Shown one piece after another: positions 9,582 through 20,177 of a stretch of DNA of 64,000 nucleotides (the stretch's first letter is position 1; every line of letters begins with the position of its first letter). The notes under the pieces are model-generated. The model was not told the origin of the DNA. It worked only from the letters and a program-made list of their open reading frames with translations, and did not search any database. The position numbers and the translations under genes are program-made. Origin of the DNA: Bacteroidota bacterium (lineage in GTDB: Bacteria; Bacteroidota; Bacteroidia; Bacteroidales; VadinHA17); assembly GCA_016718875.1 (NCBI GenBank), contig JADKBL010000003.1, positions 199,027-263,026 of the forward strand, given 5' to 3'.

Positions 9582-10067
9582 CTATTTAATATTCAGGTCA
9601 GGGAAATTAATAACATCCGGAACGATGTAGGCACCGGGGAACTCCTTGCTTATCAGCTGGAAAAGCTTATATGCTTCAGTTCTGGTTCTGAAATCACCTA
9701 CTCTCACTTTGAAATATCCGGGTTCAGCATATAAAGGATAAGAAACAATATCAGGAAACTTGCTCATAAATTCAGCCCTGGCTTTGTTTGATTCTTCTCT
9801 TGCATTACGGTTGCTGCTTGCATAAATCTGTATTCTGCAACCCTCCATTCCGTAATGGTTATTCACTTTGAAGAGATTTTTGTTAGCCTGTATATGCCTG
9901 CTGATCAGGGTATCGAGAGGAAGTTCCTGGGTAATGGCCAGTTGACCCATCTGTTTGCCCTGGTTATCTCTCTGGAAAAGATCTGAAGTTCTTATTACAG
10001 GCTGGGCTGACAGAACCCCTGCAATCAGAAGCAGGAAGAAAACTACCGGAATTTCTTTTCTGATCAT
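9582..10067 (-). CDS. SPOR domain-containing secreted protein
   Basis: 161 aa with a signal peptide. The C-terminal segment RIQIYASSNRNAREESNKARAEF...FKVRVGDFRTRTEAYKL is typical of SPOR repeats. Confidence 0.75.
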   Translation of the reverse strand: MIRKEIPVVFFLLLIAGVLSAQPVIRTSDLFQRDNQGKQMGQLAITQELPLDTLISRHIQANKNLFKVNNHYGMEGCRIQIYASSNRNAREESNKARAEFMSKFPDIVSYPLYAEPGYFKVRVGDFRTRTEAYKLFQLISKEFPGAYIVPDVINFPDLNIK

Positions 10068-10111
10068 GCGGCAAAAGTAATATTTCGCTGCGATATTAAA
10101 AAGACTTTTTA

Positions 10112-11203
10112 CTATTTCACAGCTTTGACAGCAAGGTAGAAACTACCCCCAAGAGAACCGGCGAGAATAAAATCATTATTGAAGTCGATATCGAAATCAT
10201 ATCCGAAAGCATCTGTGGTATTTGGATCGCATACATCGAACATTCTCAATCTTCCTCCGTCGGCCCCATTGGAAGGATCTATAAGATTAATTATAAAACA
10301 ATTTGTATTGAGCAAAACAACCTCCCCTGCAGAATTCATCAGTATTCCTGTTCCGGAATTGGAGTTTTCAGGATATTTCTTCCAGCTGAGTGATCCGTTT
10401 TTAGTTACTGAGGCAATGAACGAATTGTTAATAAGGTCTCCGCCCTCTTTAGGAAGTTCGGTTCTTCCGGAAACATATACTCCTCCGGAACCATCATTGG
10501 CGACTGAGAGTGCTGCTGCTCCGTAAGCAGGGTTGTTTGAAAGCTCTAATTCCCATAATCGCTGAAAACTGCTGTTGAATTTAGCAACTGTTGCCTTTGG
10601 TTCGGCTAGTGCTTCTTTGCGTGTGAGTGCGAGGTAAATATTGTCGAAATTATCAATTGAAGCATCATATGAGGCAACATAAAGCCCGCCTGTATATTCA
10701 AGTTCATTAATGACCTGTCCTGTAGAATCGAAGCTGATAAAAAGCAATCCGGTCTGAAGGTCATAGGTTGTATCCGGACTTTCAGATCCTATGGCAATGA
10801 AATTACCATTACTCAGATGCAGCAGCTGTGTCTGTGCTATATTGAATCCGGGATCGGCAACTTTATCCCATATTTTTCTGCCTGTGATGCTGTGTCGCAT
10901 CAGAAGCATCCTGCCATTTGTGCTGCCTGCTGTAATATAACCGGATGTATCATACCATGCTGAGGTAAAGACTCCATTAACATCTGCTGTTAAATGGACA
11001 ATTTCAGTTTTATTTTCATCGAGCCTCAAGAGGTATGGCTGATTATCTGATATGCCGCATGCTATCAGTCCTGAATCTGAGGTCACCCTGATATACCTGG
11101 CCTCCCCTCTTCCATAAGTGCGTTCCCAGGCAAAGTTGCTTTTTTCTTTTTTACATCCTGAAAGCAGAATAAGAATCAGGAGAACAGTGATTAACCTTGC
11201 CAT
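10112..11203 (-). CDS. Hypothetical lipoprotein (repetitive beta-rich, possibly propeller-like)
   Basis: 363 aa with a lipobox (LLSGC). I recognised no catalytic motif. Confidence 0.55.
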   Translation of the reverse strand: MARLITVLLILILLSGCKKEKSNFAWERTYGRGEARYIRVTSDSGLIACGISDNQPYLLRLDENKTEIVHLTADVNGVFTSAWYDTSGYITAGSTNGRMLLMRHSITGRKIWDKVADPGFNIAQTQLLHLSNGNFIAIGSESPDTTYDLQTGLLFISFDSTGQVINELEYTGGLYVASYDASIDNFDNIYLALTRKEALAEPKATVAKFNSSFQRLWELELSNNPAYGAAALSVANDGSGGVYVSGRTELPKEGGDLINNSFIASVTKNGSLSWKKYPENSNSGTGILMNSAGEVVLLNTNCFIINLIDPSNGADGGRLRMFDVCDPNTTDAFGYDFDIDFNNDFILAGSLGGSFYLAVKAVK

Positions 11204-11228
11204 AGTATTAGTTATTTATGAGAAAACT

Positions 11229-11972
11229 CTAGTCGAGAGCTGCTGCAAGTTCATCAGTCATTTCAAGATTGTGATAGACAAATTGAATGTCATCATCATC
11301 TTCAAGTGTTTCGATGAACCTTAAAACCCTCTTTGCTGAATCAACATCCAGCTTTTTAGTATCATTTGGTATTCTCTTCAGCCCTGCCTCCTCAGTATCG
11401 ATCTCAAGTTCCGTCAGTTTTTTGTTTACACTCCCGAAATCTTCCATGGCACATGATATAGTAACAGTATCTCCGTCAACATCGATACTTTGTGCCCCTG
11501 CCTCGATCATTTCAAGCTCAAGGTCCTCAATTGATAAACCTTCGTTTTTCAGGGTAAAGATCCCCTTTCTCTCAAAGAGGAAGCTGAGAGAACCGTTTGT
11601 CCCAAGGTTTCCGCCATACTTATTGAAGGATGATCTTACCGCTGCAACCGTCCTGTTATTATTATCTGTCAGGCATTCGATAAAGATAGCAACACCGCCG
11701 GATGCATAGCCTTCAAATGTTGTTTCAATATAGCTTGCAGCATCGGCCCCTGTTGCCTTTTTTATTGCTCTCTCAATATTGTCCTTGGGCATATTGGCCC
11801 CTTTGGCATTCTGAACAGCAAGCCTTAGTCGTGCATTGGTATCAGCATCAGCTCCGCCCTCCTTTGCAGCTATAATAATTTCCTTAATTATTTTAGTGAA
11901 TATCTTTCCTCTCTTTGCATCGATGGCACCCTTCTTTCTCTTAATGGTTGACCATTTACTGTGACCTGACAT
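11229..11972 (-). CDS. YebC/PmpR-family DNA-binding regulator
   Basis: 247 aa. The N-terminus MSGHSKWSTIKRKKGAIDAKRGKIFTK is the family hallmark. Confidence 0.93.
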   Translation of the reverse strand: MSGHSKWSTIKRKKGAIDAKRGKIFTKIIKEIIIAAKEGGADADTNARLRLAVQNAKGANMPKDNIERAIKKATGADAASYIETTFEGYASGGVAIFIECLTDNNNRTVAAVRSSFNKYGGNLGTNGSLSFLFERKGIFTLKNEGLSIEDLELEMIEAGAQSIDVDGDTVTISCAMEDFGSVNKKLTELEIDTEEAGLKRIPNDTKKLDVDSAKRVLRFIETLEDDDDIQFVYHNLEMTDELAAALD

Positions 11973-11999
11973 AAAATCTGAGATTTATTTTTTATCAGG

Positions 12000-12007
12000 C
12001 AAATTTA
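12000..12007 (-). promoter_or_regulatory. Candidate Bacteroidota -7 promoter box (TAAATTTG) for the YebC-family gene
   Basis: Exact match to the TAnnTTTG consensus on the minus strand, 28 nt upstream of the ATG at 11972. Confidence 0.4.
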
Positions 12008-12059
12008 AATAATTCTTTCATACCTTGATAAGAGTTCATAGATTTGTGACCTATTGAAT

Positions 12060-12153
12060 GGCACAAAGGCGCAGTGGCACAAGGGCGCAAAGGTAATAGA
12101 AATACAAAGGATAATACTTCCATTGAGCCATTGTGCCGTTGTGCCGTTGAGCC
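12060..12153. repeat. Inverted pair of GGCNCAAN octamer arrays
   Basis: 12060-12093 reads GGCACAAA GGCGCAGT GGCACAAG GGCGCAAA GG. The reverse complement of 12120-12153 reads GGCTCAAC GGCACAAC GGCACAAT GGCTCAAT GG. The arms match at 26 of 34 positions. A related array is at 47863-47910. Confidence 0.8.
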
Positions 12154-12171
12154 TATCTATAAAAATATACA

Positions 12172-13494
12172 ATGAGTAAAAAACTATACATCGAAACCTA
12201 CGGCTGTCAAATGAACGTCGCTGACAGTGAAGTCGTTGCATCTATACTGAAAGACTCCGGATTTACAACAACCGAAGATATTAAAGAAGCCGGACTGATA
12301 CTGATCAATACCTGTTCAATAAGGGATAATGCAGAGCAGCGTATCTGGGGAAGGCTAAGGGAAATGGGGCATCTGAAAAAAAGAAATAAAGAGCTGAGAA
12401 TTGGCATAATAGGATGCATGGCTGAGAGGCTGAAAGAAAAGCTGCTTGAGACGGAAAAGCTGGTTGATTTGGTTGTAGGACCGGATGCTTATCGTGAATT
12501 GCCAGCACTTGTAGCTGAAGCTGAGGAGGGACATAAAGCAGTAAATGTTCTGCTTTCACGTGAAGAGACTTATGCAGACATCTCCCCGGTTCGCATGGAT
12601 AAGAACGGTGTTTCTTCATTTGTATCCATAATGCGCGGGTGCAATAATATGTGTGCATACTGTGTCGTCCCTTATGTCAGAGGGGCTGAAAGAAGCAGGG
12701 ATCCCGAATCAATCCTCAGGGAGGTAAATGAGCTGTTTGCCAATGGTTACAGGGAAGTAACCCTGCTCGGACAAAATGTTGATTCCTATTCGTGGAAACA
12801 GGAAGGAGAGGAAACAGGTTTCCCTCAGCTGCTTAAGAGGGTGGCAGCAGTCAGCCCTCTGCTGAGAGTACGATTTTCAACCTCGCATCCGAAGGACATT
12901 TCAGATGAGCTTCTTCATACAATTACACGGCATGAAAACATCTGCAGGCATATTCACCTTCCTGCACAGAGCGGAAGCAGCCGGATACTTAAACTGATGA
13001 ACAGGGAATATACCAGGGAGTGGTACATGGACAGGGTAAGTGCAATTAAAAGAATCATTCCGGGGTGCTCAATATCAACTGATATGATTGCAGGATTCTG
13101 CACTGAAACTGACGAGGATCACAAAGAATCCCTGTCACTAATGGAATGGGTGGTTTATGATTTTGCCTATATGTTCAAGTACAGCGAGAGACCGGGGACA
13201 AAGGCGGCAAGAAAATTAAAAGATGATGTTTCTGAGGAGCTTAAGTCAGAACGGCTTACAGAAATGATTGCACTTCAGAACAAACTTTCAGCAAAATCAA
13301 AGAAGCAGGATGTTGGAAAAGTCTTTGAAGTGCTTATTGAAGGCTCCTCAAAACGATCCCCTGAAAACCTTTCCGGACGAACCTCCCAGAACAAAGTAGT
13401 TGTTTTCCCCGGTAAAGGGCATAAGAAAGGTGACTATGTAAAAGTTAAGATTGAAAGATGTACTTCGGCCACTCTCCTAGGCGAAATCATCTGA
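12172..13494 (+). CDS. miaB: tRNA-2-methylthio-N6-dimethylallyladenosine synthase
   Basis: 440 aa with the N-terminal UPF0004 cluster (TYGCQMN), the radical-SAM motif CNNMCAYC and a C-terminal TRAM domain. Confidence 0.92.
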   Translation: MSKKLYIETYGCQMNVADSEVVASILKDSGFTTTEDIKEAGLILINTCSIRDNAEQRIWGRLREMGHLKKRNKELRIGIIGCMAERLKEKLLETEKLVDLVVGPDAYRELPALVAEAEEGHKAVNVLLSREETYADISPVRMDKNGVSSFVSIMRGCNNMCAYCVVPYVRGAERSRDPESILREVNELFANGYREVTLLGQNVDSYSWKQEGEETGFPQLLKRVAAVSPLLRVRFSTSHPKDISDELLHTITRHENICRHIHLPAQSGSSRILKLMNREYTREWYMDRVSAIKRIIPGCSISTDMIAGFCTETDEDHKESLSLMEWVVYDFAYMFKYSERPGTKAARKLKDDVSEELKSERLTEMIALQNKLSAKSKKQDVGKVFEVLIEGSSKRSPENLSGRTSQNKVVVFPGKGHKKGDYVKVKIERCTSATLLGEII

Positions 13495-13505
13495 CTTTTC
13501 ATCAT

Positions 13506-13603
13506 GGCACCGATTGCAAATCGGCGCCAGCAAAGAACGACGTCCGTTAGCGCGGTCCCGATAATTCACGATAGCTGCTAGCGCGGATTTGTAATCCGTG
13601 CTA
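13506..13603. repeat. Two GC-rich hairpins (GGCRCNGATT...AATCNGYGCC types) in a convergent intergenic region
   Basis: 13506-13528 reads GGCACCGATTGCAAATCGGCGCC. 13579-13603 reads TAGCGCGGATTTGTAATCCGTGCTA and is followed by A8. Both types recur at 62613-62676. Confidence 0.8.
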
Positions 13604-13624
13604 AAAAAAAGCGCTGGCAGATTT

Positions 13625-15379
13625 CTATTTCTTCTGACCAGTAGTGATCTGCAGCTCCTTCAATTGCTTCTCAGAAATATGTGACGGAGTATCAAGCATC
13701 ACATCACGCCCTGAATTGTTCTTCGGGAAAGCAATAAAATCCCTTATAGAATCCTGACCTCCGAACATTGCAACCCACCTGTCGAAACCGAATGCGACAC
13801 CACCATGAGGCGGAGCACCGTATTTGAAGGCATTCAGAAGGAATCCGAACTGTTCTTCTGCTTCTTCGGGTGTGAAACCTAATACTTTGAACATCAGCTT
13901 CTGTATTGTGGCATCATGTATCCTGATAGAACCACCTCCAATCTCAACACCATTTATCACAAGGTCATAGGCATTCGCCCTTACCTTTCCGGGATCACTT
14001 TCCATCAGTTTAAGATCCTCAGGCACAGGAGATGTGAAAGGGTGATGCATGGCAAAAAATCTCTTTTCCTCCTCATCCCATTCAACAAGAGGAAAATCAA
14101 CAACCCATAGCGGAACATAAACGTCACTTTTTCTCAGACCCAGGCGGTTCCCCATTTCAAGTCTAAGTTCTGAAAGTGCGGAAAGGGTCTTTTTCTTTAC
14201 ACCTGCGAGAACCAGGATCAGATCGCCGGGTTTTGCATTCATCAGATCAGCCCATTTTTGCAGATCTTCAGGCGAATAAAATTTGTCTACTGATGATTTA
14301 ACGCTGCCATCGGAATTAACCCTGGCATATATCATTCCTGAAGCACCTATCTGTGGGCGTCTGACAAATTCGGTAAGCTCATCGATCTGTTTTCTTGTAT
14401 ATTCGGCACATCCTTCAGCACATATTGCCCCGACATATTCTGCAGAATCAAAGATGGAGAATCCGTGTCCCTTAACAAGATCTGTCATTTCTCCAAACCT
14501 CATTCCGAAGCGAAGGTCAGGCTTGTCGGAACCATAGAATTTCATGGCATCTGAATAAGCGAGCCTCTGAAATGGTTCACTGAACTCAATGTTCTTCACT
14601 GATCTGAAGAGTTGTTTAGCAAGGCCTTCGAAAGTATTCAGTATATCTTCCCTTTCTACAAATGACATCTCGCAATCGATCTGAGTAAATTCAGGCTGGC
14701 GGTCGGCTCTCAGGTCCTCATCCCTGAAGCATTTTACAATCTGAAAATAACGGTCAAATCCGGCAACCATCAGAAGCTGTTTAAGTGTCTGAGGGGACTG
14801 CGGCAGGGCGTAAAATGTTCCCGGCTGCATCCTTGAGGGAACGACAAAATCGCGTGCTCCTTCAGGTGTGGACTTAATAAGGACCGGCGTTTCAACCTCC
14901 ACAAATCCTATGGAATCCATATACTTACGTACTTCCTGTGCAACACGGTGACGGAGTATAATATTGTTTTTGACAGGGGCTCTCCTAAGGTCAAGATACC
15001 TGTATTTCATTCTGAGTTCATCTCCACCGTCTGTTTCTTCCTCAATGGTGAAAGGAGGCAGTTCACTTGAATTAAGTATTTTAAGATCGCTGACCACGAT
15101 TTCAATTTCGCCGGTAGGCATTTTCAGGTTTTTATTGCTGCGTTCCATAACTTCACCAGAAGCCTGAATCACATATTCACGCCCCAGTTTGCGTGCCTGT
15201 TCACAAAGCTCCTTATTGGTTTCCATATTGAAAACAAGCTGTGTCAATCCGTATCTGTCGCGCAGGTCGACAAACGTCATACCCCCAAGGTCTCTCGATT
15301 TCTGAACCCAGCCGCATAAAGTAACTTTCTGTCCGGCATAACTTATATTCAGTTCGCCGCATGTATGTGTTCTGTACAT
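13625..15379 (-). CDS. aspS: Aspartate--tRNA ligase
   Basis: 584 aa with class II motifs including [18 protein letters not shown], and an N-terminal OB anticodon-binding domain. Confidence 0.95.
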   Translation of the reverse strand: MYRTHTCGELNISYAGQKVTLCGWVQKSRDLGGMTFVDLRDRYGLTQLVFNMETNKELCEQARKLGREYVIQASGEVMERSNKNLKMPTGEIEIVVSDLKILNSSELPPFTIEEETDGGDELRMKYRYLDLRRAPVKNNIILRHRVAQEVRKYMDSIGFVEVETPVLIKSTPEGARDFVVPSRMQPGTFYALPQSPQTLKQLLMVAGFDRYFQIVKCFRDEDLRADRQPEFTQIDCEMSFVEREDILNTFEGLAKQLFRSVKNIEFSEPFQRLAYSDAMKFYGSDKPDLRFGMRFGEMTDLVKGHGFSIFDSAEYVGAICAEGCAEYTRKQIDELTEFVRRPQIGASGMIYARVNSDGSVKSSVDKFYSPEDLQKWADLMNAKPGDLILVLAGVKKKTLSALSELRLEMGNRLGLRKSDVYVPLWVVDFPLVEWDEEEKRFFAMHHPFTSPVPEDLKLMESDPGKVRANAYDLVINGVEIGGGSIRIHDATIQKLMFKVLGFTPEEAEEQFGFLLNAFKYGAPPHGGVAFGFDRWVAMFGGQDSIRDFIAFPKNNSGRDVMLDTPSHISEKQLKELQITTGQKK

Positions 15380-15395
15380 ATTGTAAAAATTTCAG

Positions 15396-15403
15396 CAAAA
15401 GTA
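15396..15403 (-). promoter_or_regulatory. Candidate -7 promoter box (TACTTTTG) for aspS
   Basis: Exact TAnnTTTG match on the minus strand, 17 nt upstream of the aspS ATG. A TTG lies 19 nt further upstream. Confidence 0.45.
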
Positions 15404-15430
15404 AGAAATTACCTTCAACCTGCAAGATTA

Positions 15431-15462
15431 AACATCCCCCTGGCCCACTTCAAAGGGGGAAT
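15431..15462. repeat. Hairpin element AACATCCCCCTG...CACTTCAAAGGGGGAAT
   Basis: A 7-bp TCCCCCT/AGGGGGA stem. The same 12-nt and 17-nt flanks recur at 45345-45399 around a longer insert. Confidence 0.75.
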
Positions 15463-15531
15463 TCAAAACCTGGAACATGGAACAATAGAACCTTGTAATT
15501 TAATTTCTATTTTTACAGAAACATTGCTACG

Positions 15532-15972
15532 ATGGTAAGGAGTCTGAAGGAAAAATTCATGAAAGCTGCTCTGGATGAAGCAGAGAGAGCTTATGAAAAG
15601 CAGGAAGTGCCGGTTGGTGCGGTGGTGGTATATAAAGAGAGTATCATTGCCAGGGCTCATAACCTTACCGAGACATTGAGGGATCCGACAGCACATGCCG
15701 AGATGCAGGCAATAACATCTGCAACATCCTACCTTGGTGGCAAATACCTTACAGATTGCACTATTTATGTGACTCTTGAGCCGTGTGCCATGTGTGCAGG
15801 AGCCATTGGCTGGAGCCAGGCCGCAGGAGTGGTTTATGGAGCATCTGATGAAAAGAAGGGATTCTCAAAGGTTAAAGGAGATCTGCTTCATCCTAAAACT
15901 ATTGTAGAGAAAGGAATACTTGAGGAAGAGTGCAGGGAGTTATTAAAAAGATTTTTTAAAAGCAAAAGGTAA
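15532..15972 (+). CDS. tadA: tRNA adenosine(34) deaminase
   Basis: 146 aa with the CDA zinc motifs HAEMQAI and PCAMCAGA. An alternative start is at 15559. Confidence 0.88.
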   Translation: MVRSLKEKFMKAALDEAERAYEKQEVPVGAVVVYKESIIARAHNLTETLRDPTAHAEMQAITSATSYLGGKYLTDCTIYVTLEPCAMCAGAIGWSQAAGVVYGASDEKKGFSKVKGDLLHPKTIVEKGILEEECRELLKRFFKSKR

Positions 15973-16001
15973 AAACCGTACTTTTATAAAAAAATCTGAT
16001 C

Positions 16002-16484
16002 ATGAAGCTAGACAACAGCAAAGCCATCATCAGTTTCAGGATAAGACTATTCACTGTTACTGTACTGTATCTGGGATACATTATATTATCTTACGTCGCA
16101 AAGGCTTTTAAGCTTAACCTTTTTGGTATCAGTGATACTGCATGGACAATTATTTTTGCAGCAATATGGTTATTTATTGCTCTTCTTCCCATGATTCTTA
16201 ATTATCAGTACATCACCTATTCAGACGATGGGGATGCGATAGTCTTCAGATATTTCACTTCAGGCCTTGTAGGAGGCAGGAAGAACTCTGTTGAGATTAA
16301 TAAAACATCCTATGCAGGATACAAGACGGAGACTAAACTCTTCGGCCTCATCAGCAGCATAACACTTTATCAGAATTTCAGGGAGGGAGTGGCAAAATAT
16401 CCTCCTATATATATCAGTGCTTTGAATAAGGAGGAGAAATCAAAGGTTTTCAGGTCGCTTAACCTTTATACACCAAAAGCGTGA
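16002..16484 (+). CDS. Hypothetical membrane protein
   Basis: 160 aa with two predicted N-terminal TM helices. No recognisable motif. Confidence 0.5.
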   Translation: MKLDNSKAIISFRIRLFTVTVLYLGYIILSYVAKAFKLNLFGISDTAWTIIFAAIWLFIALLPMILNYQYITYSDDGDAIVFRYFTSGLVGGRKNSVEINKTSYAGYKTETKLFGLISSITLYQNFREGVAKYPPIYISALNKEEKSKVFRSLNLYTPKA

Positions 16485-16587
16485 AGGTTATCATCTGATA
16501 ACATGAGTTTTATCATTTTTATAATCTTTTAACACTCTCATTTTTGAGTTATCAAATTTGACCTATTAATAATTAAATAATATCGGT

Positions 16588-17925
16588 ATGAATGTAGATA
16601 AAATCATGAACAACCTCGAGAAGAAGCATCCCGGGGAAGTTGAATATTTACAGGCTGTTAGGGAAGTCCTGGAGTCAATTGAAGAGGTATATAACGAGAA
16701 CCCTCAGTTCGAATCAGCAAATATCATCGAGAGGGTTATTGAACCCGACCGTGTTATAACTTTTAAGGTACCATGGGTTGATGATGAGGGCAACGTAAAG
16801 GTAAACCTCGGATACCGTATTCAGTTTAACAATGCAATAGGACCATACAAAGGAGGACTTCGCTTCCACCCGAGTGTTAACCTTTCAATATTGAAATTCC
16901 TTGGGTTTGAACAGATCTTCAAGAATGCTCTTACAACCCTGCCTATGGGCGGAGGAAAAGGCGGTTCTGATTTTGATCCCAAAGGTAAATCAAATGCCGA
17001 GGTAATGCGTTTCTGCCAGTCTTTCATGCTTGAGTTGTGGAAGTATATTGGTCCCGAGACTGATGTTCCGGCAGGTGATATAGGTGTTGGAGGCCGCGAG
17101 ATCGGATTCCTCTATGGAATGTACAAACGTCTTGCAGGTGACCATACGGGAGTTCTGACCGGTAAGGGAAGCAACTGGGGAGGTTCCCTTGTACGTCCTG
17201 AGGCTACAGGCTTTGGTTGTGTATACTTCGCTAAAGAGATGCTCGCAACCCGTGGTCTGTCATTCGAAGGAAAAAGAGTTGCAATAAGCGGATTTGGCAA
17301 CGTGGCATGGGGTGCTGCCCTCAAGGCAACAGAACTTGGCGGAACAGTTGTAACTATTTCCGGACCTGATGGTTATGTTTATGATCCGAATGGAATATCA
17401 GGAAAGAAAATTGAATATATGCTCGAACTCCGTGCTTCAAATGAAGATATTGTAAAACCTTATGCAACAGTATTTGAAGGTTCTGAGTTCCACAGCGGGA
17501 AACGTCCGTGGGAAGTTAAAGTTGATATTGCTCTTCCCTGTGCAACACAGAATGAACTTGGCAAGGAAGATGCGGCAACACTGATCAAAAACGGATGCAT
17601 CTGCGTATGTGAAGGCGCCAATATGCCCAGCACTCCGGAAGCAATTGAGCTGTTCCACAAAAATGGACTTCTGTTTGCCCCGGGCAAAGCTTCAAACGCA
17701 GGTGGTGTAGCAACATCAGGACTTGAAATGACACAGAACTCGATGAAGCTTCGCTGGAACCGTCAGGAGGTTGATGACCGGCTGCATGAGATCATGTGTA
17801 ATATTCACAGCCAGTGCCTTAAATACGGAAAGAAAGAAGATGGCTACGTTGATTATGTTAAGGGTGCAAATATTGCAGGTTTCCTGAAAGTAGCCAACTC
17901 GATGTTGGATATGGGAGTAATCTGA
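16588..17925 (+). CDS. gdhA: NADP-specific glutamate dehydrogenase
   Basis: 445 aa with the KGGLRFHP and PMGGGKGG motifs and a GFGNVAW Rossmann motif. Confidence 0.95.
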   Translation: MNVDKIMNNLEKKHPGEVEYLQAVREVLESIEEVYNENPQFESANIIERVIEPDRVITFKVPWVDDEGNVKVNLGYRIQFNNAIGPYKGGLRFHPSVNLSILKFLGFEQIFKNALTTLPMGGGKGGSDFDPKGKSNAEVMRFCQSFMLELWKYIGPETDVPAGDIGVGGREIGFLYGMYKRLAGDHTGVLTGKGSNWGGSLVRPEATGFGCVYFAKEMLATRGLSFEGKRVAISGFGNVAWGAALKATELGGTVVTISGPDGYVYDPNGISGKKIEYMLELRASNEDIVKPYATVFEGSEFHSGKRPWEVKVDIALPCATQNELGKEDAATLIKNGCICVCEGANMPSTPEAIELFHKNGLLFAPGKASNAGGVATSGLEMTQNSMKLRWNRQEVDDRLHEIMCNIHSQCLKYGKKEDGYVDYVKGANIAGFLKVANSMLDMGVI

Positions 17926-17929
17926 GAGC

Positions 17930-20165
17930 AGGGCTTAAAAACATTAAACCTGCTGTGCTGCGAACAACAGAAACCAGCAAAAGCTGTGAGTCCTGCACCG
18001 ATGAAAACCACCATTCCATTCGATCCTGAATGCACTCACTTACGAAAGGTAAGGAAGAATGCATACCATCTTTGTAAATGAAGAGAGTAACGAATGATTC
18101 AATCATGACCCAAAACTTTACGAATCCCTTTGCGGTCTCCGGAAAGCCGCCAAACAAACCTAAACAAGAGATAAGAATAGCGAGGCCTGCAAAATATTTG
18201 GATAAGATGGAAACCAGCTTCACCCAAACAAAACGATAATCAAGGATTGAACCAGACTGTGGGCATACCCCGCTCTTTACCCGCTTCAATTTTAATCATG
18301 ATATTAGGTGCATTAGGTTGCATCCAGAAAAATGCAGGTTTTATTTGTTCATGGAAGGATTCAAAATTGAAATCATTCACAACACCAACAATTTGCATTC
18401 TTCCAAGTTTAACCTTTCCATGGGATGGTAGCCCATAATTTAATGCCCTTCGTTAAAGATGATACCGATGAATCGGCAAAGTTTTTCGAGAATGACCGAC
18501 CTTCTTTTATGGAGATTCCAAGCAGCTCAATTAATCCATAGTTTGCTGGCATGTTTTCAAATTCAGTTTTGTTTTCCGGATTTTTCGCCATTCAAACCAT
18601 AAGCTATGTCCTGTCAATTGAGGCGCCACCCCGCACCTTTGGATTATATAAAAGTTTTTTCCTTTCATTTATTACCTTCACTACTGATATTATCCTTACA
18701 ACCGGTTTTGGTTTGAATGATTGATGTTATTCACCACCCCAAACATGAGAATTGAATGTGAATTGAAATATCACCAATCCCTTTTTTGCCCATACTTCAC
18801 CTAAGAAGTTGTTCAGCCTCCCCTTAAGTACAGTAACAGGCTTGAACTTTGAAAGATAGAATGCAGGATAACTTCCAGCGATTAATCCCGAGAGAAGAAC
18901 AATGCCAAGTAAGCCAACAGTAAAATTTAGATCAAAGTGTAAAGTCATATTTTTGCCAACAATGGTATTGAATTAAAGGAGGAACAAAACCACCAGCAGA
19001 ATTGCAATAAGACGACAGAGACAGATAGTTGACCCGGATTGACCGCGCACCACAGCTTTTCTCACTTGGAGGCGGCTGTGGAGAGGCAGAAATTAAGCAG
19101 CGATGAGAACAATGAAGAGAGCAATGATGGAAAAAGCGCCCCACCGGTTTGCTTTCCATTCCCTACAGATAGGCATCTGAGTACCGGGCAATGAATGGCG
19201 TACGATGATTTGCCTGACCTTCGGTCTTTGTTCGTACAAGGTCAGCTATTTTTTTATTGAATTGTTCAATGTCCGTTCCTTCCTTTAGCAGAACAAAAGT
19301 TTGTGGAGCTGTATTAAACCAATTCAAGGCCCAATCATTATCCTCCTTAAATGCTTCAAATGTTAAAATGAAATCGAACTTTACGGATGAAAGTGCAGGA
19401 AGGTCTTGAAGAACGCCTGATACCTGATATTGTTTTTTGTGTTGCCATTCAACTGTCTTACCAACAATGTTTTCTGTTGTTCCAAACAATCTTTTAGCCA
19501 GGTCTTCTGTAATTACAATTGATTTTTTATCTGAAAGCACCTGATTTTTGTTGCCCTGAATCAATTCAAATGAAAATAGTTTGAAGAAATCAGCACTTGC
19601 GTATAACCCATCTGCTTTATGTCATGCCTTAATTGAGAGTACCGGAAGATACGACAAATGTTTTGCACGGCATATAACTTTGGCTCTTGCAAAGCTTCAG
19701 CGGTAGGACCTGCTGTTGTGAGGCGGGTAATTATATCTCCATCCTGTTCTACATTTTCTTTCACCTGGTATAGCCGATCATTATTTGTATGAAACTTGTC
19801 GACATGCAATTCGTCATTTACCCATAAATAAATGAGCATGGCACAGGCAAGTCCGGATGAGAGTCCTATGAGATTAATGAAGAAAGAACTTTTATAGCGT
19901 AAAAAATTACGATAGGCGATCAATAAATTATGGCGAAACATATCACGTGTTAGTGTGGTAATGTATCTAAGTGATTTGATAAATTCTAACCGGAAATGTT
20001 TTAAAACATTCCAGGTAAACTTTCTAATAGCCAGTTTCGGAGAAGCTTCATAGTCTTTTCTGTAAATTCCAAACTATTTCGCGACAAAACCAGCGAAGAA
20101 ATTGAAGGGCTCTTTTTGGAGGAAGCGCTTTCATCAGCCAAACGATATTTTGGGTATCTGTTTGT
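17930..20165 (-). pseudogene. Degraded FtsX/MacB-type ABC transporter permease (multiple frameshifts, in-frame stops, truncated 3' end)
   Basis: Fragments lie in different frames. 19561-19941 reads MFRHNLLIAYRNFLRYKSSFFINLIGLS. 19163-19564 is a MacB_PCD-like fragment. 18727-18948 is an FtsX TM region. 18409-18591 and 17858-18289 are further fragments. 18950-19160 reads LLNFCLSTAASK*EKLW, where intact homologs have the conserved loop. A permease-prefix-like stretch with a stop lies at 19950-20160. Confidence 0.75.
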
Positions 20166-20177
20166 AGATGCTGCTTC

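Noticed and set aside
12005-12241. 78-aa minus-strand ORF across the yebC/miaB intergenic repeat
   Set aside because: Its sequence is generated by the octamer arrays and it overlaps the miaB start. There is no coding signature.
13575-13620. Alternative outer stem (CTGCTAGCGC / GCGCTGGCAG) competing with the 13579-13603 hairpin, as a possible riboswitch-like or attenuator switch
   Set aside because: It lies between two convergent 3' ends with no downstream gene to regulate. With a single example and no covariation support, it is probably coincidental complementarity of GC-rich words.
17858-18289. 143-aa ORF as an intact gene overlapping the gdhA 3' end
   Set aside because: Only its central part (AGLAILISCLGLFG) is FtsX-like. 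The remainder is read-through into gdhA antisense, so I treat it as part of the permease pseudogene.
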